IMG/VR virus record: IMGVR_UViG_3300042482_000702
Coordinates: 186,001-250,000 of that record
Direction: 5' to 3' (one strand)
DNA length: 64,000 nucleotides
Shown: piece after piece, positions 44,279 to 54,170 of the stretch
How positions within the stretch are numbered: the stretch's first letter is position 1
Layout of the letters: each line of letters starts with the position of its first letter
The notes under the pieces: model-generated
Databases searched by the model: none
The model's input: the letters and a program-made list of their open reading frames with translations, nothing else
Told to the model about the DNA's origin: nothing
Made by a program: the position numbers and the translations under genes

Positions 44279-46201
44279 ATGGGATTAGATTTAAACTTTG
44301 ACTATAATTCTGTTCAAAATAAAATAAATGCGACAAAATCATATACCGATTTAAAAGGTCAGTATGATGATACTACTAAAAAAGCCGGAGAAGCATTTGA
44401 GAACGCAAAATCAGATATCACCGGTCAAATTCAAAATTTAAAAAATCAATCTAAAAGATATCAAAAAGAGATTAAAACTCAACTTGAGCAACTATTAGAT
44501 ATTAATAAAATCACTGGTGGTAAGGGGGGTAATTCAACTAAATATGTTAAAAGATTATTTTTAACCGCCCTTAAAAATATTGAACCTAAAATTGCTAAAA
44601 TTTTATCTGAAGAGGCATTAAACGCTGTTGGGTGTGACCAACAGCAATCTTTTAGTGCTCAAACCATATATATTAAAGTTAAATCAATCGATTTAATTAA
44701 TCTTTTAAAATTATCACCAACCGAAGACGATGGAAAACCATTGTACGAAAAACAACAAATTGATGTACAAAATTATCCATTTGCAATGAATAAAGAATTA
44801 TACGAATTAATTCAAACTGGTAATCCGTATTCTACGACTAATGGTCAATTATATAAAGGACAATCGGGACAAAATTTATTTGATATACAATATGTTGAAA
44901 AAGATAATTTTTTTGTTACCGGACCGTGGTATAAAGTGACATTACAAGACCGTATTGGGATTGGGGGAGGAACCATAAATAAAGTTGGTGAATTCATGGT
45001 GGATTATTTCAAAACAATTAAAGTTGTTGATACCACAAACATAATGGCAAATATTATGGAAGCCTTGTCAGGGGCTGCCTCAATTAAAGCTAACGCAGGT
45101 ATTGGTCAAATTGGTGACCAAACTAAATTTGGCGCGATTGTTCAAAGAATATTAGGATTATGTTTTGATAATAGAAAAGAAATTGATGTTAGTGGAATTG
45201 CCAAATTAGCCGATTTAGATGGTGTTGATGAATCATTTTTTGAATTTAACGAAATTGATTTAAGAAAAATAGAACAGACTATCACAAATATAAAAAATGG
45301 GGTTATCGAATTTGAAGGGTGTGATAATATTAAAGTTCCTGTGAATGCAAATGCAATTTTTGACGATTTAAACAATTTAAATTTTGTACCGGATAATGAT
45401 TTAGTTGATGCTATGGATAATTTAACCAACTCATTAATTAATGACCCAATATGGGGACTATCACCTCAAATAGATGTACAAGCGACTGTTGATTTTAATT
45501 TTATAAAATTAATGTGTCAAGGTATTGCGTCATCATTATTATCACCAAAAATATTATTACCAATTTACATTATGTTAAAATCTTTAGGTCAATCTGCTGT
45601 TGATTTAATTAATTCTTTTATGACTTTTATTAAAGAGTTTAAGAAATTTGCTATTAATGTTATCTCAAAAGTTGGTGCAATATTTATCGAAGAATTATTT
45701 GAACTAATTAAAAGGGATATAATGGCGTTAGTTCAGAAAGTAATTACTGATTTAATAAAAGAAAAAATTGATAAAAGATTAACGATGATTTTAAAATTAG
45801 TACAATTATTATTAATTGTATCAAGTTTTATTAGTGATTGGAGACGATGTAAAAGCGTTGTCGATGAAATATTATCAATGTTATCCTTAATAACATCATC
45901 AATACCTGGTCTTGGTGGGGGAATACCATTACCATTATTATTCGCATCACAACTATTAGACGGGTATTCAGCATCAAGAGCTTTTATTGGTTCTATTGAG
46001 GAGTTTCAAAAAATCGGGGTCCCAACAGGTGCATTACCAGATGGGAGCCCAAATTTAGACATATTATCAAAATTTGGGCAAATGAGAGCCATGGCAAAAG
46101 AAGAAGATTCAAATGGTAAATTAGAGATAGCTATAGGACCATTAACAATGACACCAGCGGGTTTAACTATCCCAATGAAATCTTTCGGAAAAAAAATATA
46201 A
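44279..46201 (+). CDS. Hypothetical protein, probably baseplate/tail-associated
   Basis: 640-aa ORF upstream of the gp5-like spike; amphipathic/hydrophobic helices in the C-terminal third. Confidence 0.5.
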   Translation: MGLDLNFDYNSVQNKINATKSYTDLKGQYDDTTKKAGEAFENAKSDITGQIQNLKNQSKRYQKEIKTQLEQLLDINKITGGKGGNSTKYVKRLFLTALKNIEPKIAKILSEEALNAVGCDQQQSFSAQTIYIKVKSIDLINLLKLSPTEDDGKPLYEKQQIDVQNYPFAMNKELYELIQTGNPYSTTNGQLYKGQSGQNLFDIQYVEKDNFFVTGPWYKVTLQDRIGIGGGTINKVGEFMVDYFKTIKVVDTTNIMANIMEALSGAASIKANAGIGQIGDQTKFGAIVQRILGLCFDNRKEIDVSGIAKLADLDGVDESFFEFNEIDLRKIEQTITNIKNGVIEFEGCDNIKVPVNANAIFDDLNNLNFVPDNDLVDAMDNLTNSLINDPIWGLSPQIDVQATVDFNFIKLMCQGIASSLLSPKILLPIYIMLKSLGQSAVDLINSFMTFIKEFKKFAINVISKVGAIFIEELFELIKRDIMALVQKVITDLIKEKIDKRLTMILKLVQLLLIVSSFISDWRRCKSVVDEILSMLSLITSSIPGLGGGIPLPLLFASQLLDGYSASRAFIGSIEEFQKIGVPTGALPDGSPNLDILSKFGQMRAMAKEEDSNGKLEIAIGPLTMTPAGLTIPMKSFGKKI

Positions 46202-46203
46202 TT

Positions 46204-46419
46204 ATGACAAAAATAGAAGAATCAGAAAAGGCGTTAGACATTATAAAAAATTATAAATCTTCATCAAACAAGGATTTAATTTTTGTTATGGATTTTATTC
46301 AAGAAGATTTTAAATTAACAAAAGAGACTATTATAAAATTAACAGAACATTTAGATAAGGTTGAGGTTACTTATAATACAATTTTAAAAGAATATCAAAA
46401 AAGAACAAACACTAAATAA
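46204..46419 (+). CDS. Hypothetical protein
   Basis: 71-aa helical ORF; stop overlaps the next start. Confidence 0.6.
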   Translation: MTKIEESEKALDIIKNYKSSSNKDLIFVMDFIQEDFKLTKETIIKLTEHLDKVEVTYNTILKEYQKRTNTK

Positions 46420-47990
46420 TGCAAATAGATAGTCAAAATAAGTATCAAATATTATTTGCTGGTAGAGTATATGACAACCAAGACCCCACTATGCTTGGTC
46501 GTTTACGTGTTTTACCTGAAAGTAAAGATTATTCCGCAATAATTGGTGCAGTACCTGATTGGTCTGAAGAGACAGATAAATGGACAAGTAAAGACCCAAT
46601 TGTCTTTATGCCATTATTACCTTTTTATCTTAGTCAAACACCTAAAATTGACGAATATGTTCATATAATTTATATGAACAAAAAATTTCCAAATCAAAAT
46701 CAATTTTATATTCAAGGGCCTTTTTCTTCACCAACAAAAACATCGTTTGAACAATTTAATGCTTCTCAAACTTTTTTAGCGTCAGGTGATAAAATAAAAG
46801 AGGGAATATCAATTAAAAATCAAAATGGTGAATATAGAAACCCAACTTTAAATAAGGGCATTTATCCTGAGCCAGGTGATAACGCTTTATTGGGTAGAGG
46901 TTCTGCAGATGTTCTTGTGAAAGAACAAGAAGTGATAATTAGAGCTGGAAAATCAAAACCTCTTACCGGAGCATTACCGGAAGTCAATACAAAAAGAGGG
47001 TTTTTACAATTATCTAATTTCTCAACACAAGAAATTCCTGGGACACCAACAATGGACACTAGATTTGAGGAAGTTGTTGATATGGTTAAAAAAATGATAA
47101 TATGGGATATTTCAAATTTAGAGAGTAATTTTAATTTTACCGGAACAGTTAGTTTACATAATGTAATACCAAGTATTTCAGTTAACACTAAAAATTTTAA
47201 ACCGGAAAGTATTACATCTTTAAGTGTTGGAACTAACTATACAAATGCGGTTGAGAGTTATTCTTTTGTTGGTGATGACTTTGACACTTGTGTTAATAAA
47301 ATTAATAAATTTATTTCTTCAGTTTTCAACGGTCAGATTGATATTCCGGGATATGCAGTTAAAAATCCTCAAAATTTTGTAAAAGGAGCCAATTTACCTT
47401 TAATTGTTACACCATCAAAATTATCTTATGAAATAGGTAATAATTCTAACCCAAATCCGACAAACATAACTGACGCAACAAATTACATTAAATTTTACTC
47501 TAAGATTAAATGTAATTCAACACAAACTAAAACCGGTTTTTTTCTAATATCAACAACAAATTCAAAAGGAGCCCCACTTATAGGCCCACAATTTGATAAA
47601 AAAGACGAAATTTCAATATTAAATGATTTTAATAATTCAGATATAACTTATGGGATATTGGGTAGTCAAAGAATTTATTTATTATCTCACGATTCAAGAG
47701 GACCAAAAGGTTTAATTGATTTATCCGAAACTCTTTATGGTATTCCCCAAGACAAGTTTGTTAGAGGTGAGGGAAGTATTCTCAATAAAACTTACCCTGT
47801 TGTTAGAGGAGACCAATTGATGATATTACTTAGAAAAATGTTCGCCTTTGTTACCGGTCACGTACACCCAATTGCAACAATGGCACCAGTTCCGGTAGCA
47901 TCAGGTAATGGACAAACTAGTTTTGAGATAGAAAGTATCTTAGCTAATGCGGAAAATGACATATTAAATCAAAATATTCGAATTAATTGA
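46419..47990 (+). CDS. Baseplate central spike protein (gp5/gpV-like OB-fold N-terminus, HxH tip)
   Basis: GRVYDNQDP..LGRLRV...P...P...E.V; PEPGD..L.GRG; C-terminal V.GD.L...L......HVHP. Confidence 0.7.
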   Translation: MQIDSQNKYQILFAGRVYDNQDPTMLGRLRVLPESKDYSAIIGAVPDWSEETDKWTSKDPIVFMPLLPFYLSQTPKIDEYVHIIYMNKKFPNQNQFYIQGPFSSPTKTSFEQFNASQTFLASGDKIKEGISIKNQNGEYRNPTLNKGIYPEPGDNALLGRGSADVLVKEQEVIIRAGKSKPLTGALPEVNTKRGFLQLSNFSTQEIPGTPTMDTRFEEVVDMVKKMIIWDISNLESNFNFTGTVSLHNVIPSISVNTKNFKPESITSLSVGTNYTNAVESYSFVGDDFDTCVNKINKFISSVFNGQIDIPGYAVKNPQNFVKGANLPLIVTPSKLSYEIGNNSNPNPTNITDATNYIKFYSKIKCNSTQTKTGFFLISTTNSKGAPLIGPQFDKKDEISILNDFNNSDITYGILGSQRIYLLSHDSRGPKGLIDLSETLYGIPQDKFVRGEGSILNKTYPVVRGDQLMILLRKMFAFVTGHVHPIATMAPVPVASGNGQTSFEIESILANAENDILNQNIRIN

Positions 47991-48002
47991 TATTTATAAA
48001 TA
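47991..48002 (+). promoter_or_regulatory. TATTTATAAATA putative late promoter
   Basis: Palindrome 10 nt before the ATG at 48013. Confidence 0.6.
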
Positions 48003-48012
48003 AAACACTTAA

Positions 48013-49488
48013 ATGTCAATTAATAACTCGTATTTCAGCAAGAACAATACAATTACTTCAAATAGTTTTGTAAATACAGGAAGAAATCCTGTCACAGAAC
48101 TATTTTTTGGTTCAGTTATTAGTTCTCAATACCCAAATGGATATAGTAGATTTATCTTTGATTTAGATTTTACCTTATTAAATCAAAAAGTCTCTGATGG
48201 TACCATAAATTTAAATTGTGGTGAACTTCCAACACATACTTTAAGAATGGTAAATACTTCATCATTTAATGACGAACTATTAAATACTACCACATCTCAA
48301 GGTAGAATGAGGGCAACTTCATTTGATTTAATTTTATTTAGAATACCTTATATAGATAATGACCCAGACCAACCTCAAGTTTGGGATGAAGGTGTTGGTT
48401 ATGATTTTGCGGATTTAATATATGATTATAGTCCTTCAGATAAAAACTTTTCTGATAGACCGTCCAACTGGTTTCAAACGACAACTATTGGTACTTGGGA
48501 ACAAGCAGGAATATATAATAATCAAAATATCGGTAATGTTCCTTATAGTGGTTTAACTATTGTTGATACCCAACATTTTGAATTTGGTAATGAAAATGTT
48601 AGTTTTAATATGTCAGACGAAATTAACGATATTTTAACCGGTCAATTAATAAATGTTTCAGGATGGGGGATTGCTTACAAGCCACAAGTTGAAAATATAA
48701 CAGGTATTACCGATAATTACGAAGTTCAATTTTTTACTCGTCATACTCAAACATTCTACGAACCATTTTTAGAAACATCTTATGATGATTTAATTGAGGA
48801 TGATAGAAATTCTTTTAGTTTGGGTAAAGTTAACAAACTATTCTTATATCTTTTTGATAATGGAAATCCTATTAATTTGGATTATAACCCATCCGTTGAT
48901 ATTTTAGATGCAACCGGTACGGAAATATCTGGTCTTATTGGTCTTAGCACTTGTCAAAAAACTAAAGGTGTTTATGAAGTAATTATTCCACCTCTTATAG
49001 GTTATAAAACACCTTGTACTTTTTCTGATAGATGGTATGATTTAAATTTAAACGGATTTGAATTACCTCAAATGACTAACGATTTTGTTATATACCCATT
49101 AAAAAATTCAATTCAAATGGGTGCTGTTTCATCTGAACCTAAATTATATGGTTTTGACTTTTATGGTTTAAAACAAGATGAGAAAATATATAATACCGAC
49201 ATGAGAAAAGTTGGTGTGGTTATTAAACAAGCTTACTCAACACAAAAATTATTACAAAATGTTAGCGCGTATTATAGAATTTATGTTAGAGAAGGTCAAA
49301 CGGAAGTTCAAGTCCAAGACTGGACAAAAATTAATCGAACACCAAACGAGTATTATTTTATGTTCGACACAAGAGATAAAATACCAAATGAATATTACAT
49401 AGATATAAAAGTCGAAAGTAGTGGGGAAATAAACACTTACAAAAAACAAATCAAATTTCAGATTGTTAATGTAAAATATTCAGAATAA
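48013..49488 (+). CDS. Putative virion structural protein
   Basis: 491-aa beta-rich ORF after the spike gene, with late-promoter motif. Confidence 0.55.
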   Translation: MSINNSYFSKNNTITSNSFVNTGRNPVTELFFGSVISSQYPNGYSRFIFDLDFTLLNQKVSDGTINLNCGELPTHTLRMVNTSSFNDELLNTTTSQGRMRATSFDLILFRIPYIDNDPDQPQVWDEGVGYDFADLIYDYSPSDKNFSDRPSNWFQTTTIGTWEQAGIYNNQNIGNVPYSGLTIVDTQHFEFGNENVSFNMSDEINDILTGQLINVSGWGIAYKPQVENITGITDNYEVQFFTRHTQTFYEPFLETSYDDLIEDDRNSFSLGKVNKLFLYLFDNGNPINLDYNPSVDILDATGTEISGLIGLSTCQKTKGVYEVIIPPLIGYKTPCTFSDRWYDLNLNGFELPQMTNDFVIYPLKNSIQMGAVSSEPKLYGFDFYGLKQDEKIYNTDMRKVGVVIKQAYSTQKLLQNVSAYYRIYVREGQTEVQVQDWTKINRTPNEYYFMFDTRDKIPNEYYIDIKVESSGEINTYKKQIKFQIVNVKYSE

Positions 49489-49493
49489 ATAGA

Positions 49494-49505
49494 TATTTAT
49501 AAATA
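49494..49505 (+). promoter_or_regulatory. TATTTATAAATA putative late promoter
   Basis: Palindrome 7 nt before the ATG at 49513. Confidence 0.6.
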
Positions 49506-49512
49506 AAAAATT

Positions 49513-49878
49513 ATGGCAAACATATATTACTCAGGGACATCTTGTATTGATGATTCACCAATTGAACTTATTTCGGTTGAAGGTCTTTTAACCGGAAAAA
49601 CATATCAAGATATTAATTTAAATTGTGTTTCATTGGATTTTAGCGCATCTACAACCGGAGAAACTAATACAACATTCGTATATGGTCCATTTGACGATTG
49701 TGCCGAGTGTAATGCTCCATTCTCAGCGGGAACTGAATATAATGTATGTGCATTAGATTGTAGTGGTAACACTATATCTATAATACCCCCTCATCCGACT
49801 TACACAAATGGATTAGGTAAAGCGGTAGTTCAATTAAATGCAATTGCATTAGGAGGAATAAACGGATTAAACAATTAA
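49513..49878 (+). CDS. Small Cys-containing putative virion protein
   Basis: 121 aa; DCAEC and PHP.YT...G..VVQLN...LGG motifs. Confidence 0.6.
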   Translation: MANIYYSGTSCIDDSPIELISVEGLLTGKTYQDINLNCVSLDFSASTTGETNTTFVYGPFDDCAECNAPFSAGTEYNVCALDCSGNTISIIPPHPTYTNGLGKAVVQLNAIALGGINGLNN

Positions 49879-49905
49879 AAATAAATAAATAAATAAATTA
49901 AAATT

Positions 49906-50247
49906 ATGTTATACGCACAAATTACACCAGCAGCTGAAAAAACAACACAAGTAACCCCTTTTTCAGCAATCACCGAATCAGCGGATTTAATGTACGCTGT
50001 GGCAAGACCATACACATTAGGAACAACAAAAGTTAACTTTCAAGTAACTTTTGGAAACGGAACTATTACTAACGGTAAAGTATCTAACTTCCAAGAATTA
50101 TTATCTTCAAATATTAATTTAAGTGGAGATGAACTTTCAAATTGGGGTACAGATGATTCAGTGGTATTATCAACAATCGCAACTAAATTAGGGACAACAT
50201 CAGTAGCGGTTTATACATCAGCATCACAAGAAGGAAATAATTTTTAA
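49906..50247 (+). CDS. Small putative virion/fibre-associated protein
   Basis: 113 aa; L...E...WGTDD.......A.KLG. Confidence 0.6.
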   Translation: MLYAQITPAAEKTTQVTPFSAITESADLMYAVARPYTLGTTKVNFQVTFGNGTITNGKVSNFQELLSSNINLSGDELSNWGTDDSVVLSTIATKLGTTSVAVYTSASQEGNNF

Positions 50248-50287
50248 TTAAAAATTAATTTTTCTTTTTTTACATCATTTTTATTAT

Positions 50288-50295
50288 TATCTTTG
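50288..50295 (+). promoter_or_regulatory. Bacteroidota-type -7 promoter element TAnnTTTG
   Basis: TATCTTTG 19 nt before the ATG at 50315. Confidence 0.5.
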
Positions 50296-50314
50296 TAGAA
50301 TAAAATAAATAGAA

Positions 50315-50725
50315 ATGATGAAAAGTGTAAAAAGATTATCGAGACAAACTAATTATAGAATTGTTAAATTTTTAAGACATCTTACGAGTAATGATATGCC
50401 GATACTTGAGGACACTGAAAAAAAATGCACTTCTGTGTGTAGAAAATTAATTAATCATCCGAAGTCTAAATTCTTGATTGCCCCTCTTTCTATGAAAAGA
50501 TATATTAAGAATGATGAATTAGAATTATTTGTTGTCCTCCAAGATAGACGAATTAGTATTACTAACCATGTGTATCATTATGATGTGGTTATTAGTAATA
50601 GAAATTGGGAAAGAGTTACAAACATGTACGATAATAAAACCGAGAAGATTAGACAAGAATTTGAAAATGAGATGAGTTCTCAAATAAAACATTCTTTATC
50701 AACAATACTAACTAAATTGTCGTAG
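50315..50725 (+). CDS. Hypothetical basic protein
   Basis: 136-aa ORF. Confidence 0.6.
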   Translation: MMKSVKRLSRQTNYRIVKFLRHLTSNDMPILEDTEKKCTSVCRKLINHPKSKFLIAPLSMKRYIKNDELELFVVLQDRRISITNHVYHYDVVISNRNWERVTNMYDNKTEKIRQEFENEMSSQIKHSLSTILTKLS

Positions 50726-51233
50726 TATTTTCAGATAAAACTTTTTTAATTAAATCCCTTAACGATTCGTTTTGGGATTTTTTATTTTGGTTAATATTAA
50801 GTGGTTTTCCGGACACAATTTTATTAAAACAATCCGAAGTATCATTTGAGGTTAAATCTTCGGATATGGTGTCCTGTGTTATCTCAATCCATTCGGTAAC
50901 GATGGGAACAATCTTTAATTTTTTACCAGGATTCTGATTAATGTTATTTCCTTCCTCATCACCCGCAGTTAGATTTGGGTGTTTTTCCATATACTTGGAA
51001 ATTTTTTTAGCTTTAGACTCAATCTTTTTGATTTGTTTTTTTGGCTCATCCATAGACCCGTCATAACTATCATACTCCAACATTGCATTATCATATTTAG
51101 AAACAGGGATGTTAAAAGGTTGTATATCAGATTTTTTAAATATTCTAATTCCCGGTTGCATAGGAGCAATATATGAACCTCTCCCCCCACCATCAGATGT
51201 TGATTCGTTAATATGTATTTTATTATTTTTCAT
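50712..51233 (-). CDS. Hypothetical protein (candidate head-internal protein)
   Basis: 173 aa; INES, VTE, ISE, VLSE motifs; TATTTAT at 51243-51249 upstream. Confidence 0.6.
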   Translation of the reverse strand: MKNNKIHINESTSDGGGRGSYIAPMQPGIRIFKKSDIQPFNIPVSKYDNAMLEYDSYDGSMDEPKKQIKKIESKAKKISKYMEKHPNLTAGDEEGNNINQNPGKKLKIVPIVTEWIEITQDTISEDLTSNDTSDCFNKIVSGKPLNINQNKKSQNESLRDLIKKVLSENTTTI

Positions 51234-51265
51234 AGTATAATTATAAATATCTTATATAATTAAAT

Positions 51266-51490
51266 ATGGAACAACAACCTGAAATATTCGGAAAACTATT
51301 TGAATCAATTCCCCTACACACTGAAGAACACTTAGATATTCTTTTAGATACTATGGATAACGATAGAGCTAACTACTTTTTAATACAAGCAGTTAAATAC
51401 GCCTTTCATTCCGGAATATACTCTCTCGGTGAAGCTGAGGTGATTTCTAAATCAATTAGAGTATTGTCTAAAAAAGAAAAAGAGGACTAA
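51266..51490 (+). CDS. Hypothetical protein
   Basis: 74-aa helical ORF. Confidence 0.6.
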   Translation: MEQQPEIFGKLFESIPLHTEEHLDILLDTMDNDRANYFLIQAVKYAFHSGIYSLGEAEVISKSIRVLSKKEKED

Positions 51491-52176
51491 TTGTCCTCTA
51501 ATATCTTATTGGATTTACGAATATTCTCTTCACCCCACATAGGTTGGAGATTGTCCAAACACCAACATCTCATAAATTCCTCGTCTCCCATCTCCTGTAT
51601 ATCAAATGATGTTATTGGTAGTTTGTGGTCAACATGCCAAATTCCATAGTTATCCCAACTCATCGTGTCCGTGAATTGTTTCTCTAAATGATTTATCAAT
51701 TCCTCCGGTGTGTATTGTAAGATGTCAAAGTAATGACCGTATTTGTCCACATTACTTTCTTTTAGTACTGTGTAAATTGCCGTTCTGAAATTAGAAATTA
51801 GTTTATAGAGGGGGTCTCTCGATTTACGATTTCTTTCGTAATCGCGTTTTATTTGACGAATTTTATCAACATTATTTTCTCGATACTCTTTAATATACTG
51901 TTTTAAATGTTCTTTATTTTGTTCCGCCCATTTTTTATGGTATTCTGATTTTTTTTCTTTATGCTTGTGATAAGTTCTTTTATCTGACGCCTTTTTACCA
52001 CCAATAAATCTTCTACCGGATGGACCCATAATAACTCCATTTTCTTTTAATATTCTTAAAATTATTGGTTTACTAATTCCTGTTTTTTCAGAAATGGTAT
52101 GTGACCCCAATAGGTCTTCATTATACATTTTAAGTATGTTCTTTAGTTCTTCTTCTGTTGGTATAAATTTTTTCAT
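51487..52176 (-). CDS. HNH endonuclease (putative homing endonuclease) with N-terminal HTH; likely start 52176
   Basis: MSWDNYG.WHVDH.LP...F...C....NLQP.W..EN..KSN; the longer track ORF starts next to the MCP terminator and spans the TATTTAT motif at 52182-52188. Confidence 0.8.
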   Translation of the reverse strand: MKKFIPTEEELKNILKMYNEDLLGSHTISEKTGISKPIILRILKENGVIMGPSGRRFIGGKKASDKRTYHKHKEKKSEYHKKWAEQNKEHLKQYIKEYRENNVDKIRQIKRDYERNRKSRDPLYKLISNFRTAIYTVLKESNVDKYGHYFDILQYTPEELINHLEKQFTDTMSWDNYGIWHVDHKLPITSFDIQEMGDEEFMRCWCLDNLQPMWGEENIRKSNKILEDN

Positions 52177-52232
52177 ATAATATAAATATACAACAATCAT
52201 ACCAAAAAACCTATTATTCAAAATAAAGATAT

Positions 52233-52259
52233 AAAAAAAGGGACATATAGTCCCTTTTT
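52233..52259 (-). terminator. Intrinsic terminator after the major capsid gene
   Basis: aaaaagggac-atata-gtccctttt(t) hairpin. Confidence 0.85.
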
Positions 52260-52281
52260 GTTAAATATTTTAAGATTTTGA

Positions 52282-54138
52282 TTATCTCAATTCTCTTAAA
52301 TCGAATGTTCTAACACCATCAACAGTAATTCTTCCGTAAAATCTGTTGTTGACCATTTTTTTCGCGTATCTCGTCATTATACCTTTGATAGGTGTAAAGT
52401 TGAACGGATTGTACATTGTTGGAGTTAATTGTAACGGTACGTATGGTGCGTAGATGTAACCTGTGTCTAACAATGATGTTCCTTTGTGCCCAATTAATAT
52501 TTGGTTAGCTGGGAAGTAAGGGTCACGGTAAACTTGGTAACGTCCTGCCAATGTTCCTACTCTTTCAATACCCATGTTATATTGGTCTTGTTCAGGAGAA
52601 GCATTAGATACGTGGAAGTACTCTAAATCATCAAAGATAGCAGAAACCTCAGAAGATACAACAATCCAGTTTGCTCCACCTCTTAAAGTAGATTTGTGGA
52701 TTTGTGCAGACAATTGGTTGATTGCTGTAATCAATGTTTGGTTCCAATCTTTTTGAGTATAAGAAGTTGTCAAAGATAAACGTTTCCAACCATTGTAATC
52801 CCATCTCAAGTTCCAAGCAGCACCTTTACGTAAATCTCTTAAGATTTCACGGTCAATTTCAGCAGCAACTTGTTCAGATAATAAAGCTGTTAATTCAGCT
52901 TCAGCATCGATGTTGTGGAAAGCTGCAACGTCTTGAGCTAACTCAGGAGACCATTGTGCTCTTAATTTTCTTTCTGTAACAGAAACAGTAACTGAATCTA
53001 ATTCGAAAGAAACCTCACCGATTTTATCTTCAAATTCTAATTCTTTATATCTTCTGAAAACAGCACTGAAGTCATTATTTGCTAATGTTCCAATTGTTGT
53101 TCCTGTGTAACCGTCTAAAGAGTCAGCTCCACATGAAATACATACCGGACAAGATAAATCAACTTCTAAATAGATGATACCATCAACACCACAGATGTTA
53201 TTATAGCTACCACCATTACCATTAGTTGCCCAAGTAGTTGATGATTGACCACCATACTGTACGATACCTTTACCATATTGTTGAGTAACAACTCTAAACA
53301 ATAAAGAATTAGCTGTACCAGCAGCGTTAAATACTACATCACAAGGAGAAGCTCCTGACCAAGTACTATCTGTTGCAGTACCGTTAGCGAAAATTTTCAA
53401 ATCAGATAAGAAAGTTTCAGAATCATATTCGTTACCATCAGGTCCGATTAATTTACCTGCTCCAGTATCTGCGAAACCTGACATTTTAACGATTACTTTT
53501 CTAATGTTTTGGTTATCATAAGCACCATCAGCATCATCTAATCCACCATCAACCCATGCTTGTACTGTTGTTGTAGCAGTAACCGCAGACCATTGTCCTT
53601 TAGAATAATCAAACAATCCTGGAGGGTCTAATTGACCTTCAGTTCCTTCATAGAATAAATCATAAAGATTTTTCTTGTAAGTTGGGTTGTATGTACCTGA
53701 AGAATCAGCCTCATTATAACCTGCACCTATTTGAGTTGGACCGTTTGGTGCTCCGTATGGAGAATAGTGTTCTCCTGATTCAGTTGCACTTCCACCGTCA
53801 TACCCTTGAATTTTAGGTACAAAGAAGAATAATTTACCGATTGGTAAATTCATTGCTTGTACAGATACGATTTCATTCGCTAATAATTTAGAGAATACTC
53901 TTCTTACGATAGGGAATACAACAGTTTCGAATGAACCTGAAGACCCGTCAGAAGTAGCTTCGTTGATTAGGAAAGACGCTTGGTTCTCATATAATTGAGC
54001 TACGTTTTCTTTTAAGTGACCTTTAAGTCCTTCTAGGAATCCTAATTTATCCCATTTGTTAATTGTGTCTTCTTTAATAACTTTAAGGTGTTTTAACCCG
54101 ATGTTACCAACTAGACCTGATTCTAATAATGCTCCCAT
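52282..54138 (-). CDS. Major capsid protein (T4 gp23-like, 618 aa with large insertion)
   Basis: FPIVRRVF..L.A.EIVSVQAM..P.G; RKLRAQWSPELAQD..AFH.IDAEAELT..LSE....EIDREI; GYIYAPYVPL; F.P..GIMTRY. Confidence 0.95.
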   Translation of the reverse strand: MGALLESGLVGNIGLKHLKVIKEDTINKWDKLGFLEGLKGHLKENVAQLYENQASFLINEATSDGSSGSFETVVFPIVRRVFSKLLANEIVSVQAMNLPIGKLFFFVPKIQGYDGGSATESGEHYSPYGAPNGPTQIGAGYNEADSSGTYNPTYKKNLYDLFYEGTEGQLDPPGLFDYSKGQWSAVTATTTVQAWVDGGLDDADGAYDNQNIRKVIVKMSGFADTGAGKLIGPDGNEYDSETFLSDLKIFANGTATDSTWSGASPCDVVFNAAGTANSLLFRVVTQQYGKGIVQYGGQSSTTWATNGNGGSYNNICGVDGIIYLEVDLSCPVCISCGADSLDGYTGTTIGTLANNDFSAVFRRYKELEFEDKIGEVSFELDSVTVSVTERKLRAQWSPELAQDVAAFHNIDAEAELTALLSEQVAAEIDREILRDLRKGAAWNLRWDYNGWKRLSLTTSYTQKDWNQTLITAINQLSAQIHKSTLRGGANWIVVSSEVSAIFDDLEYFHVSNASPEQDQYNMGIERVGTLAGRYQVYRDPYFPANQILIGHKGTSLLDTGYIYAPYVPLQLTPTMYNPFNFTPIKGIMTRYAKKMVNNRFYGRITVDGVRTFDLRELR

Positions 54139-54170
54139 TTTTTTGGTTTTTATTAATTTTTAGTTTATTT

